64,000 nt of DNA from positions 62,001-126,000 of the forward strand of contig OW569382.1 of NCBI GenBank assembly GCA_937625935.1, read 5' to 3'. Of the stretch, positions 52,429-64,000 are shown piece after piece. This DNA comes from Tetramitus jugosus. Taxonomy: Eukaryota > Protista > Heterolobosea. The stretch's first letter is position 1. Each line of letters starts with the position of its first letter. A program made the position numbers and the translations under genes. The notes below the pieces were generated by a model. That model did not search any database, was not told where the DNA came from, and saw only the letters and a list, made by a program, of their open reading frames with translations.

Positions 52429-54459
52429 ATGACATCTTCCACCACCATTAGTAACACTAATAATAATAACTCAACCATTAGAGAAATTTTTTCCAATCTG
52501 AGTTCCTTTCAAAACTCGGTTTTTGATGACATTTCCGATGTCAAGCAAAGAATTAACATTGTCCAAGATTTGTTGGGTGATAAATCACCTTTATTGAAAC
52601 AACTTCAAAATGATAGAAAACGTTCGAGAGCTCTGTTATCCTTTTGTACTCAAACAGTGACTCAACTCGTTGAAATTAACAATGCAATTGAAGATGTGAT
52701 TGAACGTTACACTACTGATCACCACATTTCCAATATCAACAACAACAACAACAACAATAATAATAATAACAACACATGTACTACCACAACTACAAAAACA
52801 AACAATAATCGAATGATTACTGTCACTACAAAAGTTCCTTCATCAACAACAAACAGTAGCAATAGTGTGGGTAGTAGACAAACATCACCTAGCAATAACA
52901 ACAACAATAGCAATCATAGACCACTTCAACAACAACAACCAGTGGTTAAAAAATCAGCAACCATGGGTAATATTAGCAGTTACAATACCAACAACAACAA
53001 CAACAATAATAGTATGAGTAACAGTAACAGCACCAGTAATATTCCTGATGATTTAATAATGATGGGATTCAGTGATAATGAAACAGTGTCAACCAACAAT
53101 AATAACAACAACAACAATAATGGTTCCATTTCTCAAATTGTACAATCCATGAATAATGTTCAAACGAGAAAACCATCTTCGACCAATACTCCATTCTCTC
53201 AACAATTGGATTCCTTTTTTGATGATAACAACAACAATAATAACAATACTACTACTGCTAGTAGTAGTAGTAATGCAAGTGGTGGTAGTAGTAGTGGTAA
53301 TTCTGCATTGATGATGAGAAGAAGTGTGAGTAGTGCTGTCGGTATGACTTATACCAACAATAATAACAATACTAGTAGTGGTAGTGGTAGTAGTGGTAAG
53401 AGTATGAGTGGAGGGAATCACTCTGCACTGTTGAACAACAACAATCATAACAATACGAATTTTAAAAAGGGTATGAGTGGTGGTTTCACAGTCAACAACA
53501 ACAACAACAACAATAAGACACAACAACAAAATAACTTGAGTAATAACAGTAATAATAGTAGTAATAGTGCAAGTGCATCGACTACACCAACCAGTGCCTC
53601 TGTCAATCATCATCATCATCACAGCTCGAGTGATGACGATTTTTTCTCCACAACAACAACATCTACGACCACCACTACAACTCAAACAAAAGCACTCAAT
53701 CATTCTCATGGTCATCATGATTTCACTACTACTACTACTGCTGCCACCACTATCATGGACACCATCATGGATGACAGTGATTTATTACAAGCAAAACATC
53801 AAGTCCCATCTCCGTTGGACGATGATGAATCTGCTGATTTGTTGTCTGACATTTCCCTAGTCAGTAGCACTAGTGGTCAAACAGCAACAACTACAACTCA
53901 ATCATCGAACAAATTGTTGTTTGATGATGATGAGTTGTTTGGTGGTATGACTACACCGGTGAATCAACAGCCAACAAATGATTTTGATGACTTGTTGGGA
54001 TCACCTGTGACTACCACTACGACCGGCGCTACTACTACTACTACTACTACTGGTACGTCAACGAGTAACAACAACACTACGAATGCATCGACTCAATCGA
54101 ATGCTACGAAAACAAACTCGTCGTCGATATCTGCTTCTTCAAACGGAAATGGTAGCAGTGGTAGTAACAATGGTGGAGGAGCACAAAGAAAGAATTCAAG
54201 TGCCAATTCCAACTCGTCTCCCATGTCTCCATCTTCGAGTAATAGCAATAGTGGAAATGGTATGGACTCGATTGATGAATACTTGGGTAGTACGAAACCG
54301 AACAATGAGATTTTTATGGACTTTTCGGACAGTGGAAAGAAAAAGGTGGCAGCCAACAACATTCTGAGCATGTTTGACAAGACGACGGACTCTCAAAGCC
54401 ACTCAACTAAAACAGGAGCCAACAGTGTATCGAGTCCATTGGATGAATTTGATTTTTGA
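52429..54459 (+). CDS. Hypothetical Asn/Thr/Ser-rich low-complexity protein
   Basis: 676-aa ORF with a helical N-terminal domain, poly-N/T tracts and DLL/DDFF-type short motifs. Confidence 0.8.
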   Translation: MTSSTTISNTNNNNSTIREIFSNLSSFQNSVFDDISDVKQRINIVQDLLGDKSPLLKQLQNDRKRSRALLSFCTQTVTQLVEINNAIEDVIERYTTDHHISNINNNNNNNNNNNNTCTTTTTKTNNNRMITVTTKVPSSTTNSSNSVGSRQTSPSNNNNNSNHRPLQQQQPVVKKSATMGNISSYNTNNNNNNNSMSNSNSTSNIPDDLIMMGFSDNETVSTNNNNNNNNNGSISQIVQSMNNVQTRKPSSTNTPFSQQLDSFFDDNNNNNNNTTTASSSSNASGGSSSGNSALMMRRSVSSAVGMTYTNNNNNTSSGSGSSGKSMSGGNHSALLNNNNHNNTNFKKGMSGGFTVNNNNNNNKTQQQNNLSNNSNNSSNSASASTTPTSASVNHHHHHSSSDDDFFSTTTTSTTTTTTQTKALNHSHGHHDFTTTTTAATTIMDTIMDDSDLLQAKHQVPSPLDDDESADLLSDISLVSSTSGQTATTTTQSSNKLLFDDDELFGGMTTPVNQQPTNDFDDLLGSPVTTTTTGATTTTTTTGTSTSNNNTTNASTQSNATKTNSSSISASSNGNGSSGSNNGGGAQRKNSSANSNSSPMSPSSSNSNSGNGMDSIDEYLGSTKPNNEIFMDFSDSGKKKVAANNILSMFDKTTDSQSHSTKTGANSVSSPLDEFDF

Positions 54460-54702
54460 ATGTGAATAAACTCCCACGTATGCATAGTTTAATACATGGC
54501 ACCAATGTTGTACAGGTGAAAACGAAGAGTTTTCAGGGAAGAGGAATGGTCACGAACATTTAAAATTTTTATGTCGTAGAAATTTGATAGCTGAAATCTT
54601 TGACACATGACGCCAGTGACGAACCTTTGGATTTTCTCGCTTGGTGCCAATCCATAACATCCCAAACAACCATAAAGTGACACTAAACGCAAACAACAAA
54701 CA

Positions 54703-57405
54703 ATGTTTACTTCCACATCAGAAGATGCGTTTGTTGGTGCAGCACATCCTCACCACAACAACCCCAATCGAAACAACATGAACAATGACGATGCAAAATC
54801 ACCCTCGTCTTCATCCAACAACACAACCACAACAAGTAATAAGAGCGGTAGTAGTAGCGAAGGCAAGAAAAAAAAGAATCACGGAATTTCAATCAAGAAG
54901 AAGAAGAACAACAACAAGAAACATTTATCAGTTCATCATCAAGAAGAACAAAAACAAAATGTGGCCGATGATTTTGACGACTATGAAGATGCACAGCAAA
55001 TGATTGAAGAGTTGACACGGTACATGAACTCGTCCGATTCTCATCCCACTCAAATCATTCATCTCAATTACAACAATAGTAACAACAACAATGGCAGTCA
55101 CAACAATTCTATTTCTCCGTTCATGCAATCATCATCATCTCATATCAATAACATTGATATCGATGACAACAATGTAATTATACATCAACAACAATCTTCA
55201 CAACAATCACAAGTTGTTTCGAATAGTACAAGTACTTTTGCAACAACAACAACTACGAACAACAATAGTAATAATATAGAAAAGAGTAACAACAGTAGTA
55301 GCAGCAGCAGCAGCAGTAATGATCCAAGAGAAGTTTGGATTCAGTCACAACTGCAGCTACAGACCAATCAATTTACTGAGAATCGAACCTTGAAAGTGTT
55401 GGTTGGTTCATGGAATGTCAATTCTCGTGTTCCTGGTCCAGATCACTACTTGGGTGAGTGGTTACACGTTGATCCATCGTTAGCTGAGCAAGAGCTACCT
55501 GATGTGATTGTTGTTGGACTTCAAGAAGTGGACATGTCAGCACAAGCGATGCTCAAAAATGAGACGGAGCAATGTGCTTTATGGGCGGCAGAATTGGACG
55601 GAGTAATACAAAACGCGCCAATCAAGTACGACCGTTACTTGGCCAAGCAAATGGTGGGTTTGTGGTTGGGAGTGTACATTAGAGAGCAACACAGGCACAG
55701 AGTAAAGAATTTTAAGAGTGACATGTTGGGTCTTGGAGCGATGGGAAGAATGGGTAACAAGGGTGGCGTCGGTGCACGGTTTCAACTCTTTGAGAACACG
55801 TTTTGCTTCATTACGGCGCATTTCGCGCCACACATGGAAGCAACAGCCAAGAGAAACGCGCATTTTCACGAAATTTTTACGCGGTTGGATTTTGGCGGGC
55901 CTCATCTACCGGACTCTCATGACTACTTGTTTTGGTTTGGTGATTTGAATTATCGTATTGATCACGAGATTGATACGGTCAAGAGGTGCGTGGATCAGAC
56001 GGATCTAAAAACATTGCTCGCACATGATCAATTGACCATTGAGAAATTTGCTGGCAGAGTGTTCTATGGTTTCAAAGAAGGTCCCATTCACTTCCTTCCT
56101 ACGTACAAGTACGATCCAGGTACGTTGACGTTTGATACAAGTGCCAAGAGCCGTACACCTAGTTGGTGTGATCGTATTCTGTGGAAAGGTCAAAAGAGAG
56201 ACAAGGTGAAGCAGTTGGACTACAAGAGCTATGAGATTCTTACCTCGGATCATTTGCCTGTTGCTTCCATGCTTCATGCAGAGGTAACCACAGTGGTAGA
56301 TTACAAGTATCAAGCTTGCAAAACTCGATTGGCACGTGAGTATGATCAATCGAATCACTCTGAGGAAAATGTGCCCGATGTTGTGTTGAATGAGCAAAGA
56401 TTTGATTTTGGTCAAGTGTATTTTGATACACCTGTCACTAGGGTACTCAAATTGAAGAATGTTGGCAAATGTTTGGCCAGTTTCCAGTTTGTTCCACGTC
56501 CTAATGAAGATGCCATCTCGAAATCATGGATCAAGATTCATCCTGTTTCAGGTGAACTGGCACCTGGTTCATCTGAAGACGTGGTGCTGACTATTTATGT
56601 AGATCATACGACAGGTGCATATGATATGAACAATACTTTGGGTGTGGGATATGCTTCCACCTTACATGAGATCCTAACCTTGCATATCAATGGTGGCACA
56701 GATTACTTTGTTCACATTAATGGTCAATTCCAAAAGTCATGCTTTGCCAACTCGTTGCAACACCTCGTCACCTGTACAGATTCCATTCGATCCATTCAAC
56801 CCATGGGCAATGGTGAACAATCAAGCAAGTTCAGTGGAAGGGCAGCCTTGTTCGTGCCAAAGGAGTTGTGGAGACTCACAGACTACATATTCAAGTACGG
56901 CATGAGAGAAAGTGGGCTGTTCCAGGAGACTGGTGAACTGTTGGAGGTGGCTCAAATTAGAGAGATACTGGACAAGGGAGAATCATTAGACCAATTCACT
57001 GGTTCCATACACAGTGTGAGTGATGCGTTATTTGTATTTTTAGAGACTTTGAAGGACCCAATCATTCCTCTGAGGTATTACAAGAAGTGCATGGATGTGT
57101 ATCTCTCACCAAGCAAGATTCGGAAGGATGTGATCAGCCAATTATCACCTGTTCACACGAATGTGTTTGAATACTTGATGGCATTCTTGCGAGAAGTCTT
57201 ACTGAACAGTGATGTGAACAACCTGACACCTGATCAGTTGGCGCAAGGGTTCGCACCCTTGCTTTTCAGAAGTCCACCTCACATGCCAGAAGAACAGAAG
57301 GAGCTGGACAGAACGAAAAAGATTCGTATCGTTCTGCACTTCCTCAGGGAGGAAAAGAAATTTGTCAAGCTTCCAAGCAACAAGTTATTCAAGGAGATGC
57401 TCTGA
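54703..57405 (+). CDS. OCRL: OCRL/INPP5B-type inositol polyphosphate 5-phosphatase (IPPc-ASH-RhoGAP-like)
   Basis: SWNVN, GLQEVD, MGNKGGV, WFGDLNYRI, PSWCDRILW, SDHLPV, an ASH domain and RhoGAP-like 'VPKELWRLTDYI'. Confidence 0.93.
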   Translation: MFTSTSEDAFVGAAHPHHNNPNRNNMNNDDAKSPSSSSNNTTTTSNKSGSSSEGKKKKNHGISIKKKKNNNKKHLSVHHQEEQKQNVADDFDDYEDAQQMIEELTRYMNSSDSHPTQIIHLNYNNSNNNNGSHNNSISPFMQSSSSHINNIDIDDNNVIIHQQQSSQQSQVVSNSTSTFATTTTTNNNSNNIEKSNNSSSSSSSSNDPREVWIQSQLQLQTNQFTENRTLKVLVGSWNVNSRVPGPDHYLGEWLHVDPSLAEQELPDVIVVGLQEVDMSAQAMLKNETEQCALWAAELDGVIQNAPIKYDRYLAKQMVGLWLGVYIREQHRHRVKNFKSDMLGLGAMGRMGNKGGVGARFQLFENTFCFITAHFAPHMEATAKRNAHFHEIFTRLDFGGPHLPDSHDYLFWFGDLNYRIDHEIDTVKRCVDQTDLKTLLAHDQLTIEKFAGRVFYGFKEGPIHFLPTYKYDPGTLTFDTSAKSRTPSWCDRILWKGQKRDKVKQLDYKSYEILTSDHLPVASMLHAEVTTVVDYKYQACKTRLAREYDQSNHSEENVPDVVLNEQRFDFGQVYFDTPVTRVLKLKNVGKCLASFQFVPRPNEDAISKSWIKIHPVSGELAPGSSEDVVLTIYVDHTTGAYDMNNTLGVGYASTLHEILTLHINGGTDYFVHINGQFQKSCFANSLQHLVTCTDSIRSIQPMGNGEQSSKFSGRAALFVPKELWRLTDYIFKYGMRESGLFQETGELLEVAQIREILDKGESLDQFTGSIHSVSDALFVFLETLKDPIIPLRYYKKCMDVYLSPSKIRKDVISQLSPVHTNVFEYLMAFLREVLLNSDVNNLTPDQLAQGFAPLLFRSPPHMPEEQKELDRTKKIRIVLHFLREEKKFVKLPSNKLFKEML

Positions 57406-57448
57406 AGAAACATTAAAAGATAGTATCTAATACGTGTACATTAATTAC

Positions 57449-59084
57449 TTAGTGGTTTGCATGACCAGCCAGAGAGACCTTCATCAAAGAAGCAACAAAA
57501 GACAAGATCATCTTTGGCTTCACTTCAACAACGTCCTCCCACAATACAAAAACGACAGCACCAATCTTTCTGGCCACAGAAATGGCATACTTGGCGTTTT
57601 GTTCAGCTTCTTCGTCAGTCTCTCCAGCCAAGACCATTTCCATATTGCATGACTTTGGAGAGACGGCATGGCACAAGTTGCACAAGAATTGTCCAGTCTT
57701 GATGGAGGAGTCCTTGAAAGAATCAATCTTCATGTTTGGAACCTTCTCATTGGCCCAGTGAAGAATATCAGCCTCAGTCACTTCCTTGCCATTACCAATC
57801 TCCTTCAAAGTGTTCAACAAAGATTGTCTCATCAATTGCCAAACAATAGCCAAGACCAACTTTTCATTCTTCTCATAGATGTCAACACCTCCAATGTTGA
57901 CAACAGAAATCTTCAACTTCTTGGCCAATTCAATGACATAGTTGGTGTTCTCAAGACATTGATACTTGTTCTTTGGAGCCTTGGTCAATCTCTTTGGATC
58001 TACAAGTTCCTTTTGAACCTTGTCCATCAATCTCAATAGAACAGTACCATCCTTCAAGTCTTCAAAGAGATTTTGAATGTCTTCACCCATCGATTGAATC
58101 CAGAAGCTGAAAGCTCTTTCCTCTCTTGTTCCTTCGGTGTCAAAGTTCAACAAGTCAGCATAATCTTCGGCATTGACACTCTCGAGGGCTGGGAAGTTGT
58201 TGAACATATTGGCAACAAAGGCCAAGTTGAGCTTAGCGTTTCCTCGGACAACATCTCCTGGTTTGACAAAGGAGCGGCAACCAATCTTGTTAGCTTCTTG
58301 AAGCATCTTCTCAGCTCTTGCATTCATGTCAGACTCTTGCAAAGGAGAGAGATCGCATTCTCCATTTGGTGAAATTCTCTTCAACAAGATGGTGTACACC
58401 TCAGAGTCCTTGATATCACTAGAGAAGTTCTTGATTTCTCTGTTGCTTCCATATTCCTTCAAGTGATAGTTGACCCATCTAATCAGCAATTGTTCAGCAG
58501 GCATCTTGAGGATATCGGACAACTCTTCACCATCGTGAACCAATCTAACCAACTCTGGATGTTGTTTCAGATTGATATCTTGCAACAAACCAGTCTTGAT
58601 AATTTGCCAGACGAGACCAAGGACAATGTGAGGTCTTCCCTCGGACAGAGTAGTATTTACAATGTTAACAGTACTGCAACCAATACCCTTTGCAGAGTTA
58701 ATAGCCAATGACAAGTTCTCATTTTGTTGCCATGGATTCAACGGAGTCTTAATATTGATTACACGAGCATCAATGGTACCAGGGACAGCAACATTGATCA
58801 ATTTACTAGATTCCATCAGTGTTGTGAGTTAATACATAGGACAAAAGACCAAAGAGGATTTGATTGTAGTTGAGTACATACCACAAGACAATACCATCTT
58901 TGACAGCAGCAAACATGTTTTCCTTGGAGAGAGGCATGACATGAGCCAATTGTTCATCGTTTTGCAAATGGTCATTAATGTACTCAGCAAAGGCGACAGT
59001 CTCATCATCAGAATAAGAATGCATAGAGCTGTTGGTGTCTCCTGAAGTAGCAATCACATTTTGGGTCTTTAATCTATCACTCAT
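57449..59084 (-). CDS. Fimbrin/plastin (four CH domains); intron 58806-58881
   Basis: 'KDGIVLC|KLINVAVPGTIDAR', 'LGLVWQII', 'REERAF..WI', 'NAKYAISVARKIGA', 'EVKPKMILSFVASLM'. Confidence 0.95.
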
Positions 59085-59812
59085 GGTTGTTTGGATCTTG
59101 TTTGTTGTTGGTTGGATACTTAGATATTATAAACAGAGAAGGATTGTTGTTGGTTTTGGTTGCTCAACATCGAATCCCACTACTGTAGATCTCCTCGACC
59201 TCCACGAGGACAATTTTTGTCAAGTTCAATCGATTGGAGGATCATTATCGCTGAAAATCACTGTAGATCGAGTTGTAAACTCAAAAGGTAGCAACTGATT
59301 GAAGTTCAATTTCACGAGATACAAATCTCTGACATCCACAACGCCAATAAAGATACTTTTCAAGAGCTTATGATGAGTAAATGATATTACAAAATTTGCA
59401 TATTGTATTGTTGGGTTTTGTTTGGTAAGTTCTAATTTTACAATTTGAGCTAATTCTTCAAACAAAGGGAATGCGCAGCTTGGAATTCCCACCAAGATCA
59501 CACGCTCAACGAATGAAACACTTGACAGAGTATTCCTTTTTGAACAAGAAATCATCTTGTCCCTCCTTCTACGATACACAGACCAGAACACCAAGTATCT
59601 CTGCTTGGCCGATTTCACCACCACAGAGAATATGGAATCGATCCCTTCAGATGACTCAATCCGCAATGAAAACAATTGGCTTGTTGTATGGCATTGTCTC
59701 GAGTGGTCTCATTTTTGGACCACGTGGATTCTGTCTTGCTTCTGGTGCTACCGCGCTTCACTACTTTTACTCCTCCAATCGAAACAAAATAAAGAAGCAA
59801 TAAACAATCTCC

Positions 59813-60634
59813 CTAAAGATCTCCACTCAACCGACCGGTTTGTGAAATGAAAATGTATGTGACTGCGCCGAGCACAATAATCATCAAACACAAAAACATT
59901 AGCAAAACATTTGGCGTGGGACTCCCGGACACTTCCTCCTTAATCTTCTTAATCTCAACATTGCTTTTCGTTCGTTCGTCCTGATTGTGATCGCTCGTAG
60001 TCGTGGTTGTCTCATTCTTCTTATCATCATACAGAGCTACACGCTTAAACATACCACCAAACATTTGATTCTGTCTCATTGAACTCTCTTTTTGTGTTTT
60101 GTTCAAATTCTTGAGCATCTTGTGAGCGTCACCATTGTCAGAATCGAGCTCCAGCACTGCATCAAAATCACTTTTCGCTTCTTCGTACAAACCCTGTTCC
60201 ATATGAGCGATACCTCTTCTGTACAGTGACTTAATACTCTTTGGATCAATCTTGAGTGCTGCTTCACACCTCGTTATCGCTTGAGAATACTCTCCCATCC
60301 GAATATGACACAATGCAATATTCGTCTCTGCCAACACCTTTAATGGATCACTCAGATGCTTTTCTTCCTTTAATAGAATACCCATGTACTTTTCAAGCTT
60401 TTCATATTCTTCAATGGCTTTGGAGTACTCTCCCATTTGAAAGAATTTGTTGCCTTCTTTCTTGACAAGGTAACATGCACCCAGACGATTCAACTCTGAT
60501 GTAGAGTATTTTTCCTTGTCTGGAATTTCGTTTATAATGTCATTGTCTTTGTTGATCCTATTGGACTCTTCTGGCATGATGGTGTTTGTGACGTTGGAAG
60601 TTGTTCGCTCGTCGTTGTTGCTTGACGGGATCAT
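59813..60634 (-). CDS. TPR (Hsp70/Hsp90 clamp-type) protein with C-terminal membrane anchor
   Basis: 'KKEGNKFFQMGEYSKAIEEY', 'NIALCHIRMGEY', 'KSLYRRGIAH', and a hydrophobic tail LLMFLCLMIIVLGAVTYIFI. Confidence 0.88.
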   Translation of the reverse strand: MIPSSNNDERTTSNVTNTIMPEESNRINKDNDIINEIPDKEKYSTSELNRLGACYLVKKEGNKFFQMGEYSKAIEEYEKLEKYMGILLKEEKHLSDPLKVLAETNIALCHIRMGEYSQAITRCEAALKIDPKSIKSLYRRGIAHMEQGLYEEAKSDFDAVLELDSDNGDAHKMLKNLNKTQKESSMRQNQMFGGMFKRVALYDDKKNETTTTTSDHNQDERTKSNVEIKKIKEEVSGSPTPNVLLMFLCLMIIVLGAVTYIFISQTGRLSGDL

Positions 60635-60828
60635 TTTTTTGTCGCAACTTGATCAAACAAGAGGAAAAGCTGTAGTTCAATGATCGCGGTTTTTTTGTTT
60701 GCAATATTCCGATGAATTGTTCAACAAAAATTATGAACATTTGACTCGATGTGAAAAATTCCTTTTTCCACACAGCAGAGCAAAAAATCAAACACCTAAA
60801 CAACATTCATCATTCATTGTTCGCTAAA

Positions 60829-63675
60829 ATGTTTGCCCAAAAGAGAACCTCAAGGACGAAGAAACAGCAACAGGATGACCTCAAGCAACAACGCAGAGAC
60901 AAACTGGAGCAACAAGAACAAGAAACGATGCTTCAAGCGACTCTTGCACAAGAAGCTGAAGAAGAAGAGCGTCGCCAACAACAACAACAACAACAAAAAT
61001 TAAAACAACAACAACAAGCTCAACAACAACAACAAAAACCAACTGAAAATGACAAGAGACTCAAAGACTTGGAAAAGGCATATTTGAGTACGATACCTCA
61101 GGAGCTTGATGATGATTCTGATGATGAAAAGGTGACTTCTAAAAAAAATAGCAACAACAAGAAACAACAACCTAGTAAAAAGAAGAATAACAAGAATGTA
61201 GCAGAGTCTGATGATGATGCTTCAGATGATGAGAATGAGTCTGATGATGATGATGAAATGATGTCTGACAATTTTTCATTTTTCCAAGATGAATATGATG
61301 CGGATGATGACAGTAGAAAGAAGCGCCATCCATATCAATTGAGTGATGAAGAAGAAGAAGACAGTGATGATGATGAAAACAATGGTCATTCGCTAGCTGA
61401 CAGTGTCTTGAAGAGTATTATTGAAAATGACAACGATGATGATGAAGATGATGAAGACGACGAAGAAGAAAATGGAGAAGCCATGTCAGATGATGACGAT
61501 GAAGAAGGTATCGATGCTGAGGTCGATGGTGATGAAGAAGATGAAGACAATGATGAACAAGTTCCAGAGAGTGGTGATGAAGAGGAAGACGCTGAAGAAG
61601 GTGAAACAACGACAGCGGTCGAAGAAGAAGCCACACCATCAATGGCTGATGCAGAAGAAGAAGAAGACGATACGGAATTGCCTGATGATCAATTGAAAGA
61701 TTTTGATATGAAGGGAAGATCAAAGAAGCGCAAGTCATCAAAGAGTACTGATGATGACTCTGATGTTGAGAATGAGTTGGAAAAGGGTGATTATGACAAG
61801 AGTTTCTTTGCTGCTGATGATGAAGAAGCAGATGCACCTGAAATTGCAAAAGACATCACCTTCAATGAAATGTCACTTGCTCGTCCATTGAAGAAGGCAA
61901 TCGATGCAATGGGTTTCATTCATCCAACTCCAATTCAAGCCAAAACCATTCCAGTCCTGTTGAAGGGCAATGATATCTGTGCGAGTGCTGTCACTGGTTC
62001 TGGTAAGACTGCTGCCTTCTTGTTACCAACTCTTGAAAAGCTGCTGTACAGAAACAGAAACGAAAAGGCTGTACGTGCTCTCGTTTTGTTGCCTACTCGT
62101 GAGTTGGCCTCTCAGTGCTTCAGTGTTGCTGCAAAGCTTGCTCGATTTACCGATATTACCATGTGTTTGGTTGTTGGAGGTGACGTCAACCAGAAACAAC
62201 AAACAGATGCTCTCCGGAGGTGCCCAGATTTGGTGATTGCCACACCTGGACGTATTGTGGATCACTTGTTGAACACTGCCAACTTTGGATTGGAAGGCGT
62301 TGAGATTCTAGTGTTGGATGAAGCTGATCGTTTGCTTGAACTCGGTTTCCAGCCTCAATTGGAAGAAGTGATTAACAATATTCCAAAGGCAAGACAAACT
62401 ATGCTTTTCTCAGCTACCATGACTGACTCTGTTTCAGAGTTGATCAAACTCAGTTTGAAAAATCCTCGTCGTATCGCAATTGATAACAGAGCCGACGTTT
62501 CTACAACACTGGAGCAAGAATTTGTGAGAATTAGAGGTAGAAATGAAATTTGGAGAGAAGGTGTGCTCATGTCTCTGGTCACACGTACCTTTACCGAACA
62601 AGTCATCATCTTTGTGAACAGAAAGGACACTGCTCGCAGACTTGTCATCTTGTTCAAGGTCAAGAAATTGAAGGTGTCTGAACTTCACGGTAACTTGTCT
62701 CAAGCACAACGGTTGTCCGAGTTGAAGAAGTTTACTGTCGGAAAGACAAATTATATGATTTGTACGGATGTTGCTGCTCGTGGTCTCGATATTAAGAACG
62801 TGAAGACTGTGATCAATTATGAGATGCCTGCTGAGTTGAAGACATATATTCATCGTGTTGGTAGAACAGCCAGAGCTGGTCAATCAGGTACATCTGTCTC
62901 ACTGACTGGTGAAGAAGATCGTATTGTACTGAAGCAAATTGTGAAGAGAGCAAAGAGCAATGGGGAATCGATCAAACACAGAGTCGTTCCTAATGAAACC
63001 ATCTTGTACTGGACTCAAAAGATTGAAGATATGGCCAAGCAGATCAAGGACATTGAAATGAGTAACGAAGCAGAGAGAGAATTGGAGAGAGCTGAAATGA
63101 AGGCAAGCAAGATGAAGAATCTAGTAGAGTTTGCTGGTGAGATTGCAACTAGACCAAAGAAGGAGTGGGTCATGAGCAAAGTTGCAGAAAAGAAGCTCGG
63201 CAAGAGAGAAAGAGAAGAGAAGGGTGTTGATGCCACTGGTAAGCGAATGAAGAAGGAAGTGGGAGATGTTTCCCAAGCACAGCCTGTCAAGAAGGAGAAG
63301 GATAGAAAGAATATGACTAGGCGAGAACTCAGAAAGGACACAGAGAAGAAACTTGAACAACAAGCTCTGCAACAACACGGCATCAAGAATCTGGATAAGT
63401 TCATGAAGGGTAACAAGGCTAAGGCTAGAACAACTGAGAGACTCACTCAAAAGGGTATCAAGGTGCCAGAAATTGTTGAAGCAAAGAAGCAACAAGAAGC
63501 AAAGAAGGCTGAAAGAAGAGATATGAAGAAGGAGGCTCGTCGTGCAAAGAGAGAAGCCAAGCACAAGGACAAGTCTGCTGAAAAGAGAGAGACAGAGAAG
63601 ATTGAAAAAGAGTTGTACAAGAGCACGAAGCCAAAGAAGAGCGCAAAGACAAAGCAAAGATACAAGAGAAGATAA
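60829..63675 (+). CDS. DDX27: DEAD-box RNA helicase DDX27/Drs1
   Basis: Acidic N-terminus, Q motif PTPIQ, AVTGSGKT, PTRELA, DEAD, SAT, ARGLD, HRVGRTARAG, 'LEQEFVRIR'. Confidence 0.93.
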   Translation: MFAQKRTSRTKKQQQDDLKQQRRDKLEQQEQETMLQATLAQEAEEEERRQQQQQQQKLKQQQQAQQQQQKPTENDKRLKDLEKAYLSTIPQELDDDSDDEKVTSKKNSNNKKQQPSKKKNNKNVAESDDDASDDENESDDDDEMMSDNFSFFQDEYDADDDSRKKRHPYQLSDEEEEDSDDDENNGHSLADSVLKSIIENDNDDDEDDEDDEEENGEAMSDDDDEEGIDAEVDGDEEDEDNDEQVPESGDEEEDAEEGETTTAVEEEATPSMADAEEEEDDTELPDDQLKDFDMKGRSKKRKSSKSTDDDSDVENELEKGDYDKSFFAADDEEADAPEIAKDITFNEMSLARPLKKAIDAMGFIHPTPIQAKTIPVLLKGNDICASAVTGSGKTAAFLLPTLEKLLYRNRNEKAVRALVLLPTRELASQCFSVAAKLARFTDITMCLVVGGDVNQKQQTDALRRCPDLVIATPGRIVDHLLNTANFGLEGVEILVLDEADRLLELGFQPQLEEVINNIPKARQTMLFSATMTDSVSELIKLSLKNPRRIAIDNRADVSTTLEQEFVRIRGRNEIWREGVLMSLVTRTFTEQVIIFVNRKDTARRLVILFKVKKLKVSELHGNLSQAQRLSELKKFTVGKTNYMICTDVAARGLDIKNVKTVINYEMPAELKTYIHRVGRTARAGQSGTSVSLTGEEDRIVLKQIVKRAKSNGESIKHRVVPNETILYWTQKIEDMAKQIKDIEMSNEAERELERAEMKASKMKNLVEFAGEIATRPKKEWVMSKVAEKKLGKREREEKGVDATGKRMKKEVGDVSQAQPVKKEKDRKNMTRRELRKDTEKKLEQQALQQHGIKNLDKFMKGNKAKARTTERLTQKGIKVPEIVEAKKQQEAKKAERRDMKKEARRAKREAKHKDKSAEKRETEKIEKELYKSTKPKKSAKTKQRYKRR

Positions 63676-63826
63676 ACCATCAGATTTTGTGCATTTCCAA
63701 ACTCATCGATCCCAAAATATCCTCTAAGTTTTCATTTCACAACAAAAATACAATCACGTGTTTTTGCGAACCAGAACAGAAGCAGAAGAAAAGACCTGAC
63801 AAGAGTTTTGATCCAGAAACATAACA

Positions 63827-64000
63827 ATGGTAGAACCAACCGAACAATCTGATAACAAGAGAAGCTACAAGTTTGCTGGATATCCCACAAGGGGATTAAC
63901 TGACAAGGAGTTTGAAGAAAACATGAAGAAGATGAAACATCGTTGTAAATTGCCCAACCTAACAGGAATCCAACAAATTCCTGCGAAGGAAGGTGTTTCC
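63827..64000 (+). CDS. 5' end of a hypothetical protein running off the window
   Basis: MVEPTEQSDNKRSYKFAGYPTRGLTDKEFEENMKK..., open to the window end. Confidence 0.45.
   Translation, partial: MVEPTEQSDNKRSYKFAGYPTRGLTDKEFEENMKKMKHRCKLPNLTGIQQIPAKEGVS

Noticed and set aside
52719-54402. AAC/ACT/AGT microsatellite-like tracts and their antisense ORFs
   Set aside because: These are poly-Asn/Thr/Ser codons of the 676-aa gene; the shadow ORFs come from low complexity.
59226-59850. Overlapping 97-149 aa ORFs between fimbrin and the TPR gene
   Set aside because: No recognisable motif and conflicting strands; a small gene cannot be excluded but cannot be supported.

Overview
Gene-dense, intron-poor, AT-rich nuclear DNA of a unicellular eukaryote. 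Short GT-AG introns, Asn/Thr low-complexity proteins, a TM-RGS protein and a hybrid histidine kinase suggest an amoeboid protist, possibly heterolobosean; this is inference. Both flanks carry ordinary host genes: TM-RGS, P450, Prm10/ThrE, DES1, BTB, ISWI, FKBP12, STE kinase, F-box, PH, PARP6/8-like, DHCR7, ABCD, OCRL/INPP5B, fimbrin, TPR and DDX27. The centre (~17.8-31.4 kb) is a mobile-element island with two apparently site-specific systems. (1) Two divergent PIF/Harbinger-type DNA transposons lie in perfect tandem at a quasi-palindromic CTC-ATT-GAG target that their own GAG...CTC termini regenerate. They carry a Myb/trihelix gene and a third, unrecognised conserved ORF, and sit 17 bp upstream of a host ATG. 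(2) A poly(A)-tailed non-LTR retrotransposon family inserts 46-55 bp upstream of tRNA genes in fixed head-to-head orientation, like Dictyostelium TRE5. One copy lies at tRNA-Arg, and a stack of 3-4 lies at tRNA-Met, whose overlapping 15-16 bp TSDs record the insertion order; all share 3'-terminal hairpins. Other observations: a bacterial-type PAS hybrid kinase broken by one in-frame TAG, a ~220-nt structured segment in an unusually long intron, and a template-switch micro-inversion in a transposase relic.
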